The notes under the pieces: generated by a model
What the model was told of the DNA's origin: nothing
What the model saw: only the letters and a program-made list of their open reading frames with translations
Database searches by the model: none
NCBI RefSeq assembly: GCF_006345805.1
Contig: NC_043005.1
Span: 4,588,001-4,652,000 of the forward strand
Length of the DNA stretch: 64,000 bases
Reading direction: 5' to 3'
DNA from: Octopus sinensis
Lineage: Eukaryota
Shown: piece after piece, positions 13,588 to 27,371 of the stretch
Layout of the letters: the number at the start of each line of letters is the position of its first letter
Position numbering within the stretch: the stretch's first letter is position 1
Position numbers and translations under genes: made by a program

Positions 13588-14924
13588 GTAAGTATTCCCT
13601 TACTTTTATGCATTCTAAGGTTAATAAAAGTTCAATCAACAAATGCCAGGGCTATAAATCTGCTCCGCTCATCTTCCTTACCCCTCCTCATTTCTACCCC
13701 CATGTAGTGCCATCTCCTATCCTCTCTTCTGTTCTCCTTCAGTTGTAGGGGCCACCTCAGGTCCTTAGTCTTTGCGAGGTATAAGGTGATCATCAATTAG
13801 TACAGGTGCCATGGAAAAAGCATCCAGAACATTCTATAGATTGGTTGGTATAAGGAAGGGCCTCTAGCTGTGGAAACCCTACCAGACGAGAGAGTGGGGC
13901 ATGTCTTGATCTTCTGGTTCATCAGATCCTGTCAAATCCTCCAACCTATGCTGGCATGGGATAATTGATGATGAGGATGATGATGGTTGTGGTGGTGGTG
14001 GTAGTGGTGATGGTAGTAGCAGTGGCAGCAGTGGTGGTGGCAGCGGTGGTGGTGAGGGGAGGAGGAGGAGGGAGGATGAGGAAGGGGGTGAGGAGGAAGG
14101 AGAGGAGTAGGAGGAGAAGAGATGGAGGAAGAAGAGGAAGGTGATGAGAAGGGTGGTGGGGAGGTAGAAAAGGAGGGTGATGAGGAGGAGGAGGAAGAGG
14201 GGAGGGAAGGAGAGGGAAATGAGGAGGGGGAAGAGGTGGAAGTGGAGGAAGATGGTGGTGGCAGTAGCTTTAAAGATGGGTCATGTCTGCGTATGTGTGT
14301 GTGTTTGAAGTAATGTAATGGTAAGCTATTGGCAACCCAAGACTTTGATTGAAGTCCCCTTGCTTCTCGTTTCACTCAGTTCGTTCCTTATTCTCAGGGC
14401 TACCATCAGAGTCAATAACTAGACCAGCAGAGTTTATAGAAAGATGGATAAATTCCATTGCCACGAAGAGTAGAAAGTCTTACATTTCTGGATCTTACAA
14501 TTCAACAGAAAACAGGAAAATATTTGGCTGTTAAAGCAAGCAGGGGAGATCCAGAGCTTTCTTGACTTTGATCCATAGTTTACAGAGATTAAACTGACTG
14601 TCTTACAGTGATATCACCTTCCTTCCTTCATGAGCCAAAAGGGGATTAAGGGTCCATCATTCATTTATTCGCTCTCTCTTTCATCTTATATTTATCTACC
14701 TTCCTCACTCTCTCTTTCTCATTCCTTGCTTTTCTTCTTCTTGCTCTCACCTGCACCCATCTCCCCCCTCTCTCTCTCTCTCTCTCTTTGTTTCTTATTC
14801 CTCTTCTTTCTTCCTTTGACTAATCCCTCCAGAAAATATGTAAAAAAGTCCCTGAAGGGCCATGAATTTGTTCTGGGGTAGTAGATGTAATCTTAGTTTG
14901 ACAAACGCAATAATGTTTTCCATA

Positions 14925-15128
14925 AGGCAGCAAGAAATGTTAGCATGGAGGGTGAAATGCTTAGGGGTGCTTCTTACATTCTGAGTTCAAATTTGCTGGG
15001 GTTGAATTTACCTTTCATCCTTTCGAAGTCGATAAATTAAGTACCAGTTGCATACTGGGGTCGATCTAATCGACTGCCCCCCCTCCCACTTCCCAAAAAT
15101 TTTGGGCCTTGTGCCTAGAGTAGAAAGT
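14925..15128 (+). mobile_element. tRNA-derived SINE, family C
   Basis: AAGGCAGC...GAGTTCAAATT head and GGGCCTTGTGCCTAGAGTAGAAA end; copies at 10540-10700(-), 26835-27022(-), 44697-44930(-), 58905-59130(-) and partials. Confidence 0.8.
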
Positions 15129-15339
15129 AATAATGTTTTCCATATTGGTGTGGGTTGAACAGGGACTTATTGAGCCAATGTGTTTATGGCGGGGTGCTCT
15201 TCCTGTCATCAACTCTTGTCTGTTTTTTTCAAGTCAACTTTTGAAAGTGCAGAGTTTCAGGATGTTTTGAGAGTTGTTTACAGGGGGTGAAAACTTGACA
15301 ACACTGTTTTCCTCATACAGTGTCATGTTACAATGTTGA

Positions 15340-15382
<43 letters not shown>

Positions 15383-18025
15383 ACAGGCTTCTTTCAGTTT
15401 CCATCTACCAAATCTACTCACAAGGCTTTGGTTGGCTTGAGGTTATAATAGAAGACACTTGCCCAAGGTGCCATGCAGTGAGACTGAACCCAGGACTATG
15501 TGGTTGGGAAGCAAGCTTCTTAACACACAGCCACCCTTGCCTATACATGTATAAATTTTAATTGTTTCTTATTGTTATAATGGTATTTATTGGGGTAGGG
15601 GTTATATAATTTGTTATTTTTGTCGTTGCACTCTGTCGGTTACGATCCAGTTGATCTGATCAATGGAACAGACTGCTCGTGAAATTAACGTGTAAGTGGC
15701 TGAGAACTCCACAGACATGTGTACCCTTAAAGGAGTTCTCGGGGAGATTCAGCATGACACAGAGTGTGACAAGGCTGGCCCTTTTGAAATACAGGTACAA
15801 CATAAACAGGTGTTTTCGCTTTTAGGTGTTTTCGCTCAATAAACACTCACAACACCCAGTCTGGAAATCAAAACCACGATCCCAAAACCACAAGTCCACT
15901 GCCCTAACCACTGGGCTATTGTGCCTCCATTTGGTATTTTATGTAACGGTTGAGCAAGGAATGAAAAATTATTGTTGCATATTCTTCTATTGATGTTTAT
16001 TTTGGATTTTGGGTTTAACAGTAAAATGTGTTTTTTAAATAGTAAAATCAATGTCTTATTGTATTCCTTACTAGATACCTGTTCCAGAGACCAGTTTTGT
16101 TCTTCATTTTGTTGCTGACCGATGCCACATCATTGGGAAACGTTTCTTGTGTAAGTATAAAGCCTGTTTTATTTTTGATATTTCTAATAAACAACATGTC
16201 ATACAACAGCAAAAGCAACAACAAAAAAAAAACAGGCTTCACTTACGTCTCACAACAGAGTGGTCAGTTATAAGAAAGGGCACCCAGCTATAAAAGCAGT
16301 TGCTACAACAAATGACCATTGACATTCACAGTAACTCAGGCCTAAGAACTAACCAGGATGGTAGGCCTAACACGTCCCCCTTTAGTCTTTAAGCATTCAA
16401 ATCACTCAAGAAAATGTAATGCTTATTTATTCCCATTGTTTAGTATGAACGGTGCATTGACTTGTAACTTTGAGATTTCAATGATGGGATTTAGAATGAT
16501 GTAGGGTAGGTGTGAGAGGACAGATCTGGTCAGTGTTAAAATAAAACAGGTAGAATATTTGAGCCAGAAAGGGTCAGTTTAGATGCTAAAGGGTTAAACA
16601 GAGCACATTCTCTTGCAAGTATTCAGTCCGAACTCTCAGTTCTCTCCTTGTTCAGAAATTTGCGGTTTCGGTTTTTGGCACCAATCATATCGGTCTCACC
16701 AGTCTATGTGGGTGGGCTGTGGGACTACAAAGGTTACGTCACTGCCATTCTTTTAGACTTTGGTCCATCACCACCCCTAGGGCTAATAAGACCAGCAGGA
16801 ACTTAACTTGGTTTCCATGTTGTATAAGTGACTGAGATGCCAACATTCCCTCTCCCCTGGATGGGATGATGGTCCATCACAGGGTTAACTTCCTATCTAT
16901 TGCTGGAACTCATTTAAAACTCAGTGAACTGGAAGAGTGAGAAATGAAGAGTCCTGCACAAAAGTCCAATGTGCTGCTTAGCCTGGGAATTGAAACCACA
17001 ATCTTATGATTGTGAGTACAACACCCTAACCACTAAACCATACACTTTCACAAGCATGGTGTAAAGGTTGCGAATCAAGTTTCCTCATCGTTTCAGCATT
17101 CATATTTTCATGCTTGTTTGAGTGAGATGGAATTCACTGATGTCCATGGCTGGAGGGCATTCCTCTTGCCAGCTCTTACCTGTCTCCAAGCAAAGTAACA
17201 TTCCTCCATGGCTGAACATGACTTTCATGGAAAATTGGAAACAAATAATACCGCTTGTGTGACAGTGATTCTTGTTTACGACTATCATGTGATGTCAAGA
17301 CAAGAAGACATACACACATACACATATAAACACAGACACACACACACACGTGTGTGTGTGTGTGTGCGCAGGCAATGGGCTTCTTTGAATTTTCACATGA
17401 CTCTTTGATTGGCTTAATGCTATATTAGAAGACACTTGCCCAAGATGCCACACAATGGGATTGAACCTGAAGCCTTGAAGTTGGAAACTAAGCTTCATGA
17501 CCATATAATAGGTTCTTTACAAAACAATATCAGAGTATTTGATACAAATATTAAATCAAATATGTTAATTGTTTTATTTCATTAATGATAATACCTCATG
17601 ACAGAGTTTCCTGTTCAGGTATGTTTCCACACCATCATCAGACAAATCAATAATTGACCAAACTTGAACTTAAATGTCTGTGACATACATAAATTAGTTT
17701 ATATTGGGGTGTTTTTTTGGGTGGGGGTTAAATATTACAAGTGTAATTCATATAGTGAACAGTGAGTTAATTTACATGGATTGGTTTAAAATAGAATCTT
17801 AATCTTCCATGAGAAGTTGATAATTTGAAATAATAAAGGAATCGATGAGTGTATCCTTATATAAAATGTGGAGTTCCTAGTAGGGAATAGAGGTATAAAG
17901 GGAAGAAATTGTTGAGACTGATATGGTGTTCACAACAAAGAAGGCAAATAGAGACATTGTGAGTGCTGGTACACAGGTGATTATTAATTTATTCAAGCAG
18001 GTGATAGTATAAGTGACCAGAGTTT

Positions 18026-18420
18026 CAGGAGTGGCTGTGTGGTAAGTAGCTTGCTTACCAACCACATAATTCCAGGTTCAGTCCCACTGCATGGCACCTT
18101 GGGCAAGTATCTTCTACTATAGCCTCGGGCCAACCAAAATCTTGTGAGTGGATTTGGTAGGCAGAAACTGAAAGAAGCCCATCGTGTATATGTATATGTA
18201 TATATGTGTGTGTGTTTGTGTGTCTGTGTTTGTCCCCCACCCCCAACATCACTTGACAACCGATGCTGGTGTGTTTACGTCCCTGTAACTTAGCGGTTCA
18301 GCAAAAGTGACCAATAGAATAAGTACTAGTCTTACAATGAATAAGTCCTGGGGGGTCAATTTCCTCGATGAAAGGCAGTGTTCCAGCATGGCTGCAGTCA
18401 AGTGACTGAAACAAGTAAAG
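18026..18420 (+). mobile_element. tRNA-derived SINE, family A
   Basis: Head GGAGTGGCTGTGTGGTAAG...GGTTCAGTCCC, internal (TA/TG)n, tail GACTGAAACAAGTAAA. Further copies at 11891-12300(-), 57101-57514(-), 47358-47870(+), 41044-41935(+, interrupted) and several partials. Confidence 0.85.
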
Positions 18421-20463
18421 GGAGAGTAGATACTTCACAAGTTGTTGGCATTTAGTGAAGATCTTTTATCTGACATTTAGTCTGTGGATTTATTAAGATC
18501 ATTGAATACGAAAGGTTTTTTTTTTACTTAGAATTTTTTATACAATTTCTAAATAGTTTAAAATCTTCTATTTAATTTTGAACACAGTAACATGTTTTTC
18601 TTTAAAATATCGGACATAATTGAGTAGCTTAGATACTTTCCTCTTTTTTACATTTCTTGAAGAAAGAAATAAAGTTGAAACAGCTTTGTTGGAAGTTACC
18701 TTCCACCATATCTCCATCGTGTTTTGATTTCATTTAGCGGAGACGACTTCTGCCTCAAAGATAATCACTTCAGCTTTGCATAACTGGTTAAGGAGCAGTT
18801 CTATGTGTGCACCTAATTTAGTTTAGTTCAAGTGTTTGTCTGCTGTTACAACGTTCCTATCGGGGGAAACAGTTGCCACTGAGATTATTTTGATGGTTTA
18901 CAACCATATTGTAATTCAGTTTAAAGTTATTTATTTTTTAGCAACCTTAGATTTGATATTTAAAGAGAAGGCAGATGAGAATCATCGGGTGTATATCATA
19001 TCACTTTTGAATCTGGTTGCTTTTAGTGCTTTATTGCAAGATGTGGAAGCATTATCAGATTCTATTTAAAAGAAAAAAATCATCAACTATCTGACATCAT
19101 CTGTCCACTGTACACACTTGACAAATTATTCATACTTCTACATCACTCAAAACATAAAAAACAAAGAAACTGGATTGCTTTCATCTAATTCACATAAGCA
19201 GTGTTTTCTGTTGAAGTATAACAACTTCGTTACTGGTATTTTTAACAATCTCAAACAGGAAGTCACTATATTTATGCCAGAGTTATCTCCCCTTACATAC
19301 TGCTTTCATGTAAAAACATTTTTTTTTCTAAAAATTTATGTCAACAGATTTAAAGTTATGCCTTTTTGACCAAATTCATTTATCAACCATTCCTATAAAG
19401 GAAAAAAAAAGTATATCTTTTGTTTTCCTATCAAACACAGAAATAAGTTTTAATGATTCACTCTACAGATAAATACACTTTGGTTGTTTTTACTGAAATT
19501 AGCAAGAACATGGCTAAATGCTGAGTTATGGATGCGAATTGGAGCATTCAGCCAACAACAATAAACATGAAAATTTAGGAAACTGCAGATAAGTTCTGGC
19601 TTCTCTTTTAGCTTATGACTGTTTAAACAAACATACATATATAAACTATATCTATACAGATATTTATATAAAGTTGTTTTGTTTGCTGTATCATCATCAT
19701 CGTTTAACGTCCACTTTCCATGCTGGCATGGGTTGGACAGTTCAACTGGGGTCTGGGAAGCCAGGAGGCTGCACCAGGCCCAGTTTGATCTGGCAGAGTT
19801 TCTACAGCTGGATGCCCTTCCTAACGCCAACCACTCCGTGAGTGTAGTGGGTGCTTTTTACGTGCCACCGGCACAGGTGCCAGGGGAGGCTGGCAACGGC
19901 CACAATCAGTTGGTGCTTTTTACATACCACCGGCATGGAAGCCAGTTAAGGCGGCGCTGGCATCAGCCACATTCGGATGGTGCTTTTTATGTGCCACTGG
20001 CACAGGGATCATGTAAACATAGATGTCTATAGATGTGTATATAAATGCATGTATGTGTTTGTTGTACATCTATGTGTATGTGTATACACACATACACACC
20101 ACACACACACAATGTATATTTATATGTAAGTATCTATACAAAAGTCTGTGTATGTGAGTGTGTATGCATACACACACACGCATATGTGAGTGAGCGATCA
20201 AATGAAAGAAAGTAGCACTCAATACATTTAGTAGGAGTTACATATATTATGCAACAACAGTCAGACTCAGCTCCATTCATCTCAAAGTGTCAGAGGTGCT
20301 CAGAGAACTAACCTGTCTCTATAGGTTCATTTGAGGAGCCGAAAAGCTTTACATTGAAAGGAGCCAAGTCTGACTGTTATCAAATAGTGTGTGTGTGTGT
20401 GTGTGTGTGTATATGCATATATGTATGTACGCCCAATATATATATAATATATATATACTTTAT

Positions 20464-20625
20464 TTGTGGGTTAACAAGGCTACCAGTGGTTTCATGTAAT
20501 GAGGAATCTTTTAGCAATCCTCAAGTGAGTCACATGGGAACATTGGTACTCATCTCCATTTTGGAGGAGAATTCTTAAGAGATTTCTCCTAACATGAAAC
20601 CATTGATAGCCTTGTTAACCCACAA
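20464..20625. mobile_element. MITE-like element with long TIRs
   Basis: TTGTGGGTTAACAAGGCTACCAGTGGTTTCATGT pairs with ACATGAAACCATTGATAGCCTTGTTAACCCACAA; second copy at 43893-44076, partial copy near 28660-28730. Confidence 0.7.
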
Positions 20626-21209
20626 TTGAAGGATATGTTCCTGAAGGTCAGCAATGGTCTTCCTCGGTCACAAGTGGACGGCTATCATGAATGTATGTAT
20701 GTATGGATGGATGGATGGATGGATGTATGTATGTATGCATGGATGGATGGATGGATGGGTGTGTGTATGTATGTATAAAATAAGTATTTTGCGCTTTTTT
20801 AACATTGGTTTTATGCTTCATTCTAAGAGGAAAAAATGCAATCAAGGCTTGTGTTGCTTATAGCTATTAATTTTAATTAATATACATTTCTGTTTGTTCC
20901 CTGGTTTGTTGCAAAAATTATTATTTTTGACACTGAAGAATTACAGATCCCATGGCAAAAGTTCTTATAAAGCTTCAGGCTTTCACAGGTGCCAGCATTC
21001 TCGTTACTGGTTTTCACCAATGTCAATTGAGTCAGTATGATGTATTTAATGCTGACCCCAGAGACAGACCAAGTTGAACCGAGGAAATGATTTGTCTGCA
21101 CTTAGTTACAAACTGCTGTCCCATGCGTCTGGATCCTAGGACCTTACCCACTTGGCCACTGTGCCACATAGATTGTTAATTGATTGGTTGATCGATATTT
21201 AGATAGGTT

Positions 21210-21375
21210 GATAGGTAGGTAAGTAGGTGGGTAGGTAGATAGGTAGGTAGGTAGGTTTAGGTATGTAGGTGGGTAGGTAGATAGGTAGGTAGGTTTAGGT
21301 ATGTATGTAGGTAGGTAGGTAGGTAGGTAGGTAGGTAGGTAGGTAGGTAGGAAGGTAGGTAGGTGGGTGGGTACA
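21210..21375. repeat. (TAGG)n tetranucleotide microsatellite
   Basis: Direct inspection. Many (TA)n, (CA)n, (GA)n and (GAAA)n tracts occur elsewhere in the window. Confidence 0.95.
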
Positions 21376-23967
21376 TAATAATAACAACAATAATAATGAT
21401 ATTGATGATGACAACAATGATGATAATAATATTGGTTTTAAATTTTGGTGTAGAGGCAGCAGTGTTTTGAGGGCGGGGGTTGATTACATGGACCTCAGTA
21501 TTTGACTGGTACTGATTATTTTACTGCTCTCGAAAAGATAAAAGGCAAAGTGGACCTCAGCGAAATTTGAACTCAGAACGTGAAGATGGAGAAATAATGT
21601 CCAACATGCTAACAGTTTTGCCAGCTCAACAATAATAACAACAACAACAGCAACAACGACAAAGAAACAAGCACATTGTGCCAAGTTGCTCAGTTTTAGC
21701 CAAGAAAGAACATTTCTAGAGACAGGAAAGAGTTAGAAGCTTATATCCAGTGGAAGTTGTGCAAGTAATATGAATACGAAGAGGACAGAGGTGGTGTAGG
21801 GATACACCAGAAAAGGTTTTAAAGAATTACAAAGTAACCATACTCTGAAATAGGCCAATATACACAGATACAGAGGTTAATGATAATTGATCAGATATTG
21901 TTATCAAAGAAAACCAGGTGGGAATTGACTTCTAATCAATGTGCCAATCTGAACAGATGATAATTTATCGCTCAGAGAAATGAAAAAAGAGTAACAATCC
22001 TAATAATAAGAAGTGGTTTGGAACTGATAAACAAGGAGAAACAGGCAGACTAATATATAACCAAAAACGCTAGGACTTACAAATCTATACAGCATCCTGA
22101 AGACAGCACTACTGAATACAATAGAGCCAAAAAAACCAAACAGTGCACTGCACATAGCCAAGGCACACAAACTGTACTCAGTGTACTGCAGAGAAACACA
22201 ATCAAAGTGAAACTAGTCAATGGCAATAATAATAGATATAAAAGAAGGAAGAGTAAAGCTTAAATCAAGGTAGCAGTGCGTAGTGGAATTGGTAAATTAT
22301 TGGACAAAAATAGTTTAAGCTATTTAGCTGTATCCTATGACATTCTGTGTTCAAATCTCAGCTAGGTCAACTTTGTCTTTCATTTATTTGAGGTTATAGA
22401 AATAAGGGGCAATCTACAATATATTGACTGTACCTTTCAAGGTAGTGTACAACGCATGGCCACTTAGTTCAATGTTTGACCCTTTCTTTTCTTTCATGAA
22501 TCCCACCTTTTCACATCAGATTACTGATGTGTTAATGCTCTAATGAACGATGATGGCAGCTGGATTAGTTAATAAGGTGCTAGCCTACTGTCTAAAGCAG
22601 GGACGGAAACCTTATTTGAAGAGTGGGCCACTTGAGACATGGTTCATCATTAGGTGGGATGCACTACTGGCAAAAATTCAAGGTAACATTTTGTTAGGTG
22701 TACCATTCAGAATGTCCCATAGGCCACAGGTTTCTCATGACTAGTTCCAAAGAGCCAACTGTCTAAATCTTGTCACTAACCCACTAGTAACTTTACAATA
22801 AACAAAGATAACTAGCAATCATTGCCTCACAACCCCCATCTATAAACATGCGTCATGTGGATGTATAATTTGTGGCTGTATACAGTAGGAGCAGTACATT
22901 ATTGCTGAGTGTTTCATTGACTTGGAATGCTGAATACAAATTCATGACTGGTTGGCTTTGAAGACAGAGAGAGAGAGAGATGAGCTCTGTAAAGATACAT
23001 GTTGCCTCAATACACTGGATAATGATGCAAACCTTCTGTGGTAGTTTACTAATCAGTTTGGTTACAAAGTGGGGGGCTGGGGGAGTACTCTGTCAGTTAC
23101 GACGATGAGGGTCCCAGCTTGTACAATCAACGGAACAGCCTGCTCGTGAAATTAACATGCAAGTGGCTGAGCACTCCACAGACACATGTACCCTTAACGT
23201 AGTTCTCCGGAGATTCAGTGTGGCACAGAGTGTGACAAAGCTGGCCCTTTGAAATACAGGTACCACTCATTTTTGTCAGCTGAGTGGACTGGAGCAACGT
23301 GAAACAAAGTGTCTTGCTCAAGGACACACCACATCACCGGGAATTGAGCTCATGACCTTATGATCGCAAGCCGAATACCCCTAACCACTAAGCCACGTGT
23401 CTTCATGGTTACAAAGTAATGTAAGTTTAATTGCAACAATACCACTTTAACATGGGTTAAAAATAAATATGTACGCAGAATCATATCCCTGTGTTGGAAC
23501 ACTTTTGTTTTTTCCATATTTCTGTTGAAACACACTTCTTATATTTCGATTGATTTTGAAAACGGTGAAGAATTTAGTAAAATAACTGACATTGAAATAT
23601 AAAATATTATGAAATTTTGAAGGAAGATTTTAATTTAGATCCCTTTAAGGCTGGGAGCTTGCATCATAGAAGCAGATGGGGTTTTATGTGGATTGGTCTC
23701 AAAAGGGTTAAGAAATATATGTTTAGTATCCCTGTGAAATTAGGCTCCATGTTTAAAGCAGCAGGTATTTGTCAGTTATCAGCCTGCTTTGATTTGTCAT
23801 TAGGAAGGGCATCCAGCAATAGAAACCCTGCCCAAACTGACAACCGAAGCCTGGTGCAGCTCTCCAGCCTTGCCATCTCCTGTCAAACCATCCAACCCAT
23901 GCTAGCATGGAAAACAGATGTTAAATGATGATGACGACGATGATACTCATCAGAGACCTTAAACAAC

Positions 23968-24741
23968 ATAAAATATGTCAGTGTCATATCTCATTTACAT
24001 AATCCAATGAGGTTGACTGCTGGGTCCCGTATATTAAGGGTTAATCCAGGATTAGATATGCAACTAGTAACATGTCCCTTCCCTTATTGCCTGATGAATA
24101 GAATCACTGCTTATTGTTGCCATTTCTTTTTATCCTCTCTATCTCTCCAGTGCCTGATCTATTTAAGTGCAAGGCGGTTGTCACCGAGAATGAGACCAAG
24201 CTCACCAGCACCTGCACAAAGGGGACCCAGAAAGAAGCCATCTCGTGTGCCATGGAAGACGTCATGAATCTAATCAGACTCTTGTCTATAACACTTAAAA
24301 ACAACGAAAACTAAAACACTTTGACTTCTAAAAAACTTGTTTGTTTTTCATTTTTCATTGTAATTGACAAGTTCAAGTTGGTGGTTCTTGGTTCTTACGG
24401 TATTAGGGGTTAGTCAGAAAGAAAGGGGACAGTGTGAGACAGTGGAAAATAGGATTACTATTAGAAAATCAACAATTTTGAACTCTAAAGAAGAACAGTT
24501 GTAGGATTGCTTACCTTTTATCTTTTACGTGTTTCAGTCATTAGACTGTGGCCATGCTGGGGCACTACCTTGAAGAATTTTAGTTGAATGAATTGACCCC
24601 AAAACTATTTTTTTAAACCTGGTACTTATTCTATCGGTCTCTTTTACCAAACTGCAAAGCTATGGAGGTGTAAACAAACCAACACCAGTTATCAAGACAC
24701 AAACACACACAGAGATAAATATATATATATATATAATATAT

Positions 24742-24817
<76 letters not shown>

Positions 24818-24945
24818 GTATATGATAAGGGTGGGACATATTATTAGTTACATATCTAATCCTGGATTAACCCTTAATATACAGGACCCAGCAGTCAACC
24901 TCATAGCATTATGGAAATGAGATATGACACACTGACATATTTTAT
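23968..24945. repeat. Inverted repeat of about 120 bp bracketing exon P1
   Basis: 23968-24087 versus reverse complement of 24825-24945, about 90% identical. Confidence 0.9.
24151..24314 (+). CDS. Terminal exon P1 (phase 1): xPDLFKCKAVVTENETKLTSTCTKGTQKEAISCAMEDVMNLIRLLSITLKNNEN*
   Basis: Strong acceptor CTCTCTATCTCTCCAG, open frame to TAA, clear paralogy with P2-P4 (CKA..E..T.L..TC......AI.CA). Confidence 0.85.
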
Positions 24946-25079
24946 AGGTGGAACAATTAAATCTGTATTAACCTAGTCTTACCTGTAAAAACCAGTTTTC
25001 TAGGAAAGTTACCTGTCACAGAGTACTCTTTTGTCCAGCAGTGATAGATTTTTCTCTCATCAAATTTATTCCTACAGAG

Positions 25080-25400
25080 CAGGGGTCACCAAATTATGGC
25101 CTGCAGGCCAGATCCAGCCCACGAGGTCAGTTCATCCGGCCTGCTGCTGCATTGTACCATTTGTGCAAGCACCTGCAATGAGAGGTCATTTGCCTCTGCT
25201 ATGGCATCAGTGTTTAGAACAACTTATGTCTGTGAGCAAATATTTTCAAAAATGAAGAAAGTGAAGTCAGCACATCAAACGAGGTCGACTGATTAACATT
25301 TGAAAGCAATTCTCTTGGTCAGATGCAGCAATTCCAAAACAAATATTGATAACATCTTAAAAGCTAAATGCCAGTTCCACAAACCTCACCATTTTTGCTG
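25080..25400 (+). mobile_element. hAT (Charlie/SPIN-like) element fragment
   Basis: TIR-like start CAGGGGTCACCAAA...GGCC, and SVFRTTYVCEQIFSKMKKVKS resembling the hAT dimerisation domain. Confidence 0.7.
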
Positions 25401-25868
25401 CTTAGTTTGTGAGATTCGGATATTTGTGCACTGGATGTGATGTAACTATCTCATTGCTAACATCGCCTTCTTTGATAACTTTCTGGTAAATGAATCTGTT
25501 TCTTAACGTAAAGTATACTAGCCATCTCAATATGGCTAACCGCTAAGGGTGGGTGTTACTGTAGCTTGTAGCCCCAGGAGATCATCGTCTCCAGCTGGCT
25601 TTAGGCACACTTTCTGTGCCTTATGGTATTTGCAAATCTGTTTGTTGTCTGTATTTTTTGTGTATTCACTGTCTTGTATTGAACAAAATGGTTATGTGGC
25701 CCATGATCATCATTCTTTCAGATATCTGTAACCATTCCACACTCACACACACACACATATGGTGTACCTTGGACTATATCATCAAATGTGTCCTTTTATG
25801 AAGACAACATAGTGTGATTTGAAGGATATTTGGTTGCTATATCTAGCAGGTCTAGAGACAATGTAGAG

Positions 25869-26417
25869 CAGAGGTTCCCAACCCTTTTCTATCTGTGGAC
25901 CCCTTTGATTCCTATTCTACTCTCCTGGACCCCTATAGTCATTCGATGTTTGAAAAAGTCCCATTGTATTTTTATAATTAAATATTAGGAATTGTATTTA
26001 AAAAAATTACTGAAACATTAAATGTTTTGTAGACTTATAACCATTTATTGCGAAGGCACGTGGCTTAGTGGTTAGGGCATTCGACTCACGATTGTAAGGT
26101 CATGAGTTCAATTCCCGGCAACATTTTATTTCATGTTGCTCTGGTCTTCTCAGCTGACAAAATTGTGTAGTACTTGTACTTCAAAGGGCCATCCTTGTCA
26201 GACTCTGTGAACTATGTTAGGGGTACATGTGTCTGTGGAGTGCTCAGCCACTTGCATGTTAATTTCATGAGCAAGCTGTTCCGTTGATCGGATCAGCTGG
26301 GACCCTCGTCGTCGTAACCGATGGAGTGCTCCTTAAACCATTTATTGCACATAAATTTAAACAACAAAATTTTAAGTGAATCCAAATGGTGAAATGGACC
26401 CTTATTGACAACCATTG
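25869..26417. mobile_element. hAT-type MITE carrying a nested SINE
   Basis: Ends CAGAGGTTCCCAAC / ATTGACAACCATTG; near-identical 8-bp flanks ATGTAGAG and ATGTAAGG. Confidence 0.55.
26052..26335 (+). mobile_element. tRNA-derived SINE, family D, full length with 13-bp TSD
   Basis: A box TGGCTTAGTGG, B box GAGTTCAATTCC; TSD AACCATTTATTGC at 26039-26051 and 26336-26348. Other copies near 15620-15930(-), 23085-23400(-), 51385-51660(+), 63755-64000(-). Confidence 0.85.
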
Positions 26418-27335
26418 ATGTAAGGCTCCCTCTGTTGGCTTATTAAAGAAATAGATTTTTGAAGTGATGCAGGCCCGGTTTTTAGAGTTGGTTATAGCAG
26501 TAGTGGTATTGTTATTTTGAATGATTTATGGCTAAAAAGGGAGAATTAAATGTGGATGTGTGACTGGGGTTCACAAACAACGTCATGCTGTGAACGGGAC
26601 ATCGACCGAGACCAAGATGGATAACTCTTACCAGTCCAGTTTCCATGGTTGTCAATAACAACCACATTAAGTCATGTTACAACAACCTAGATTAATAGAT
26701 TTTTTAAAAAAGGCAATTTTACAGGAGACTTATTAATCAAGTGGCCATTCCTGCTGAAATACTGATTGGCAATGACTGCTTTACTGAAATATGGTCAGTT
26801 GAATAAGTAAAGGGAAGTAACTCAACATACCATATATAGTTTCTGCTCTAGGCACAAGACCCAAAATTTTGGGAGAGGGGCCCAGTCAATTAGATCGACT
26901 CCAGTATGCAACTGGTTCTTGATTTATCACCCCCAAAAGGGTGAGAGGTGGAATTTGAACTCAAAACGTAAAGACAGACGAAATGCTGCTAAGCATTTCG
27001 CCCAATGTGCTAACGTTTCTGCCATATATATATAATGGTGACATTCAGGGGCTCTTTAATACTCGGCATTATGTAGGGAGCTTTCCTGGATGCGATCCCA
27101 CAGCAAATTCGGTGAATAAACAAAACAGACACTGTGTATGTGTGAGCCATAATGATTACATTACTTTTAATTGCTTTTAATTCATAATCTAATGCATACA
27201 CATGTACACACACACTTATACATAAACACATGCACAGACACATATACACACATACTTATATACATATATAATACACACACATATATGTATGTGTATGTAT
27301 GTATATATATCTATATATGTGTGTGTGTGTGTATG

Positions 27336-27371
<36 letters not shown>

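Noticed and set aside
13932-14375. Ser/Pro/His-rich minus-strand ORF (Glu/Gly-rich on +)
   Set aside because: Purine-rich (GGA/GGT)n simple repeat following a family B tail.
14311-14534. Possible exon 3 (acceptors 14379/14397; ORF 14349-14534) and a 10-nt AATG|GTAAGC segment
   Set aside because: In the phase of exon 2 it stops after 6-12 codons, and the 10-nt segment begins with TAA. It cannot be excluded as a short last exon, but there is no supporting evidence.
22590-22745. Shared sequence with a CAAG|GTAAC donor upstream of both P1 and P4 (also 42426-42580)
   Set aside because: The two copies differ by a frameshift and have MITE-like ends; it is a repeat, not a paralogous exon.
26052-26120. 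tRNA-like sequence with A and B boxes
   Set aside because: Head of a TSD-flanked SINE; no complete cloverleaf. No genuine tRNA, rRNA or CRISPR array was seen in the window.
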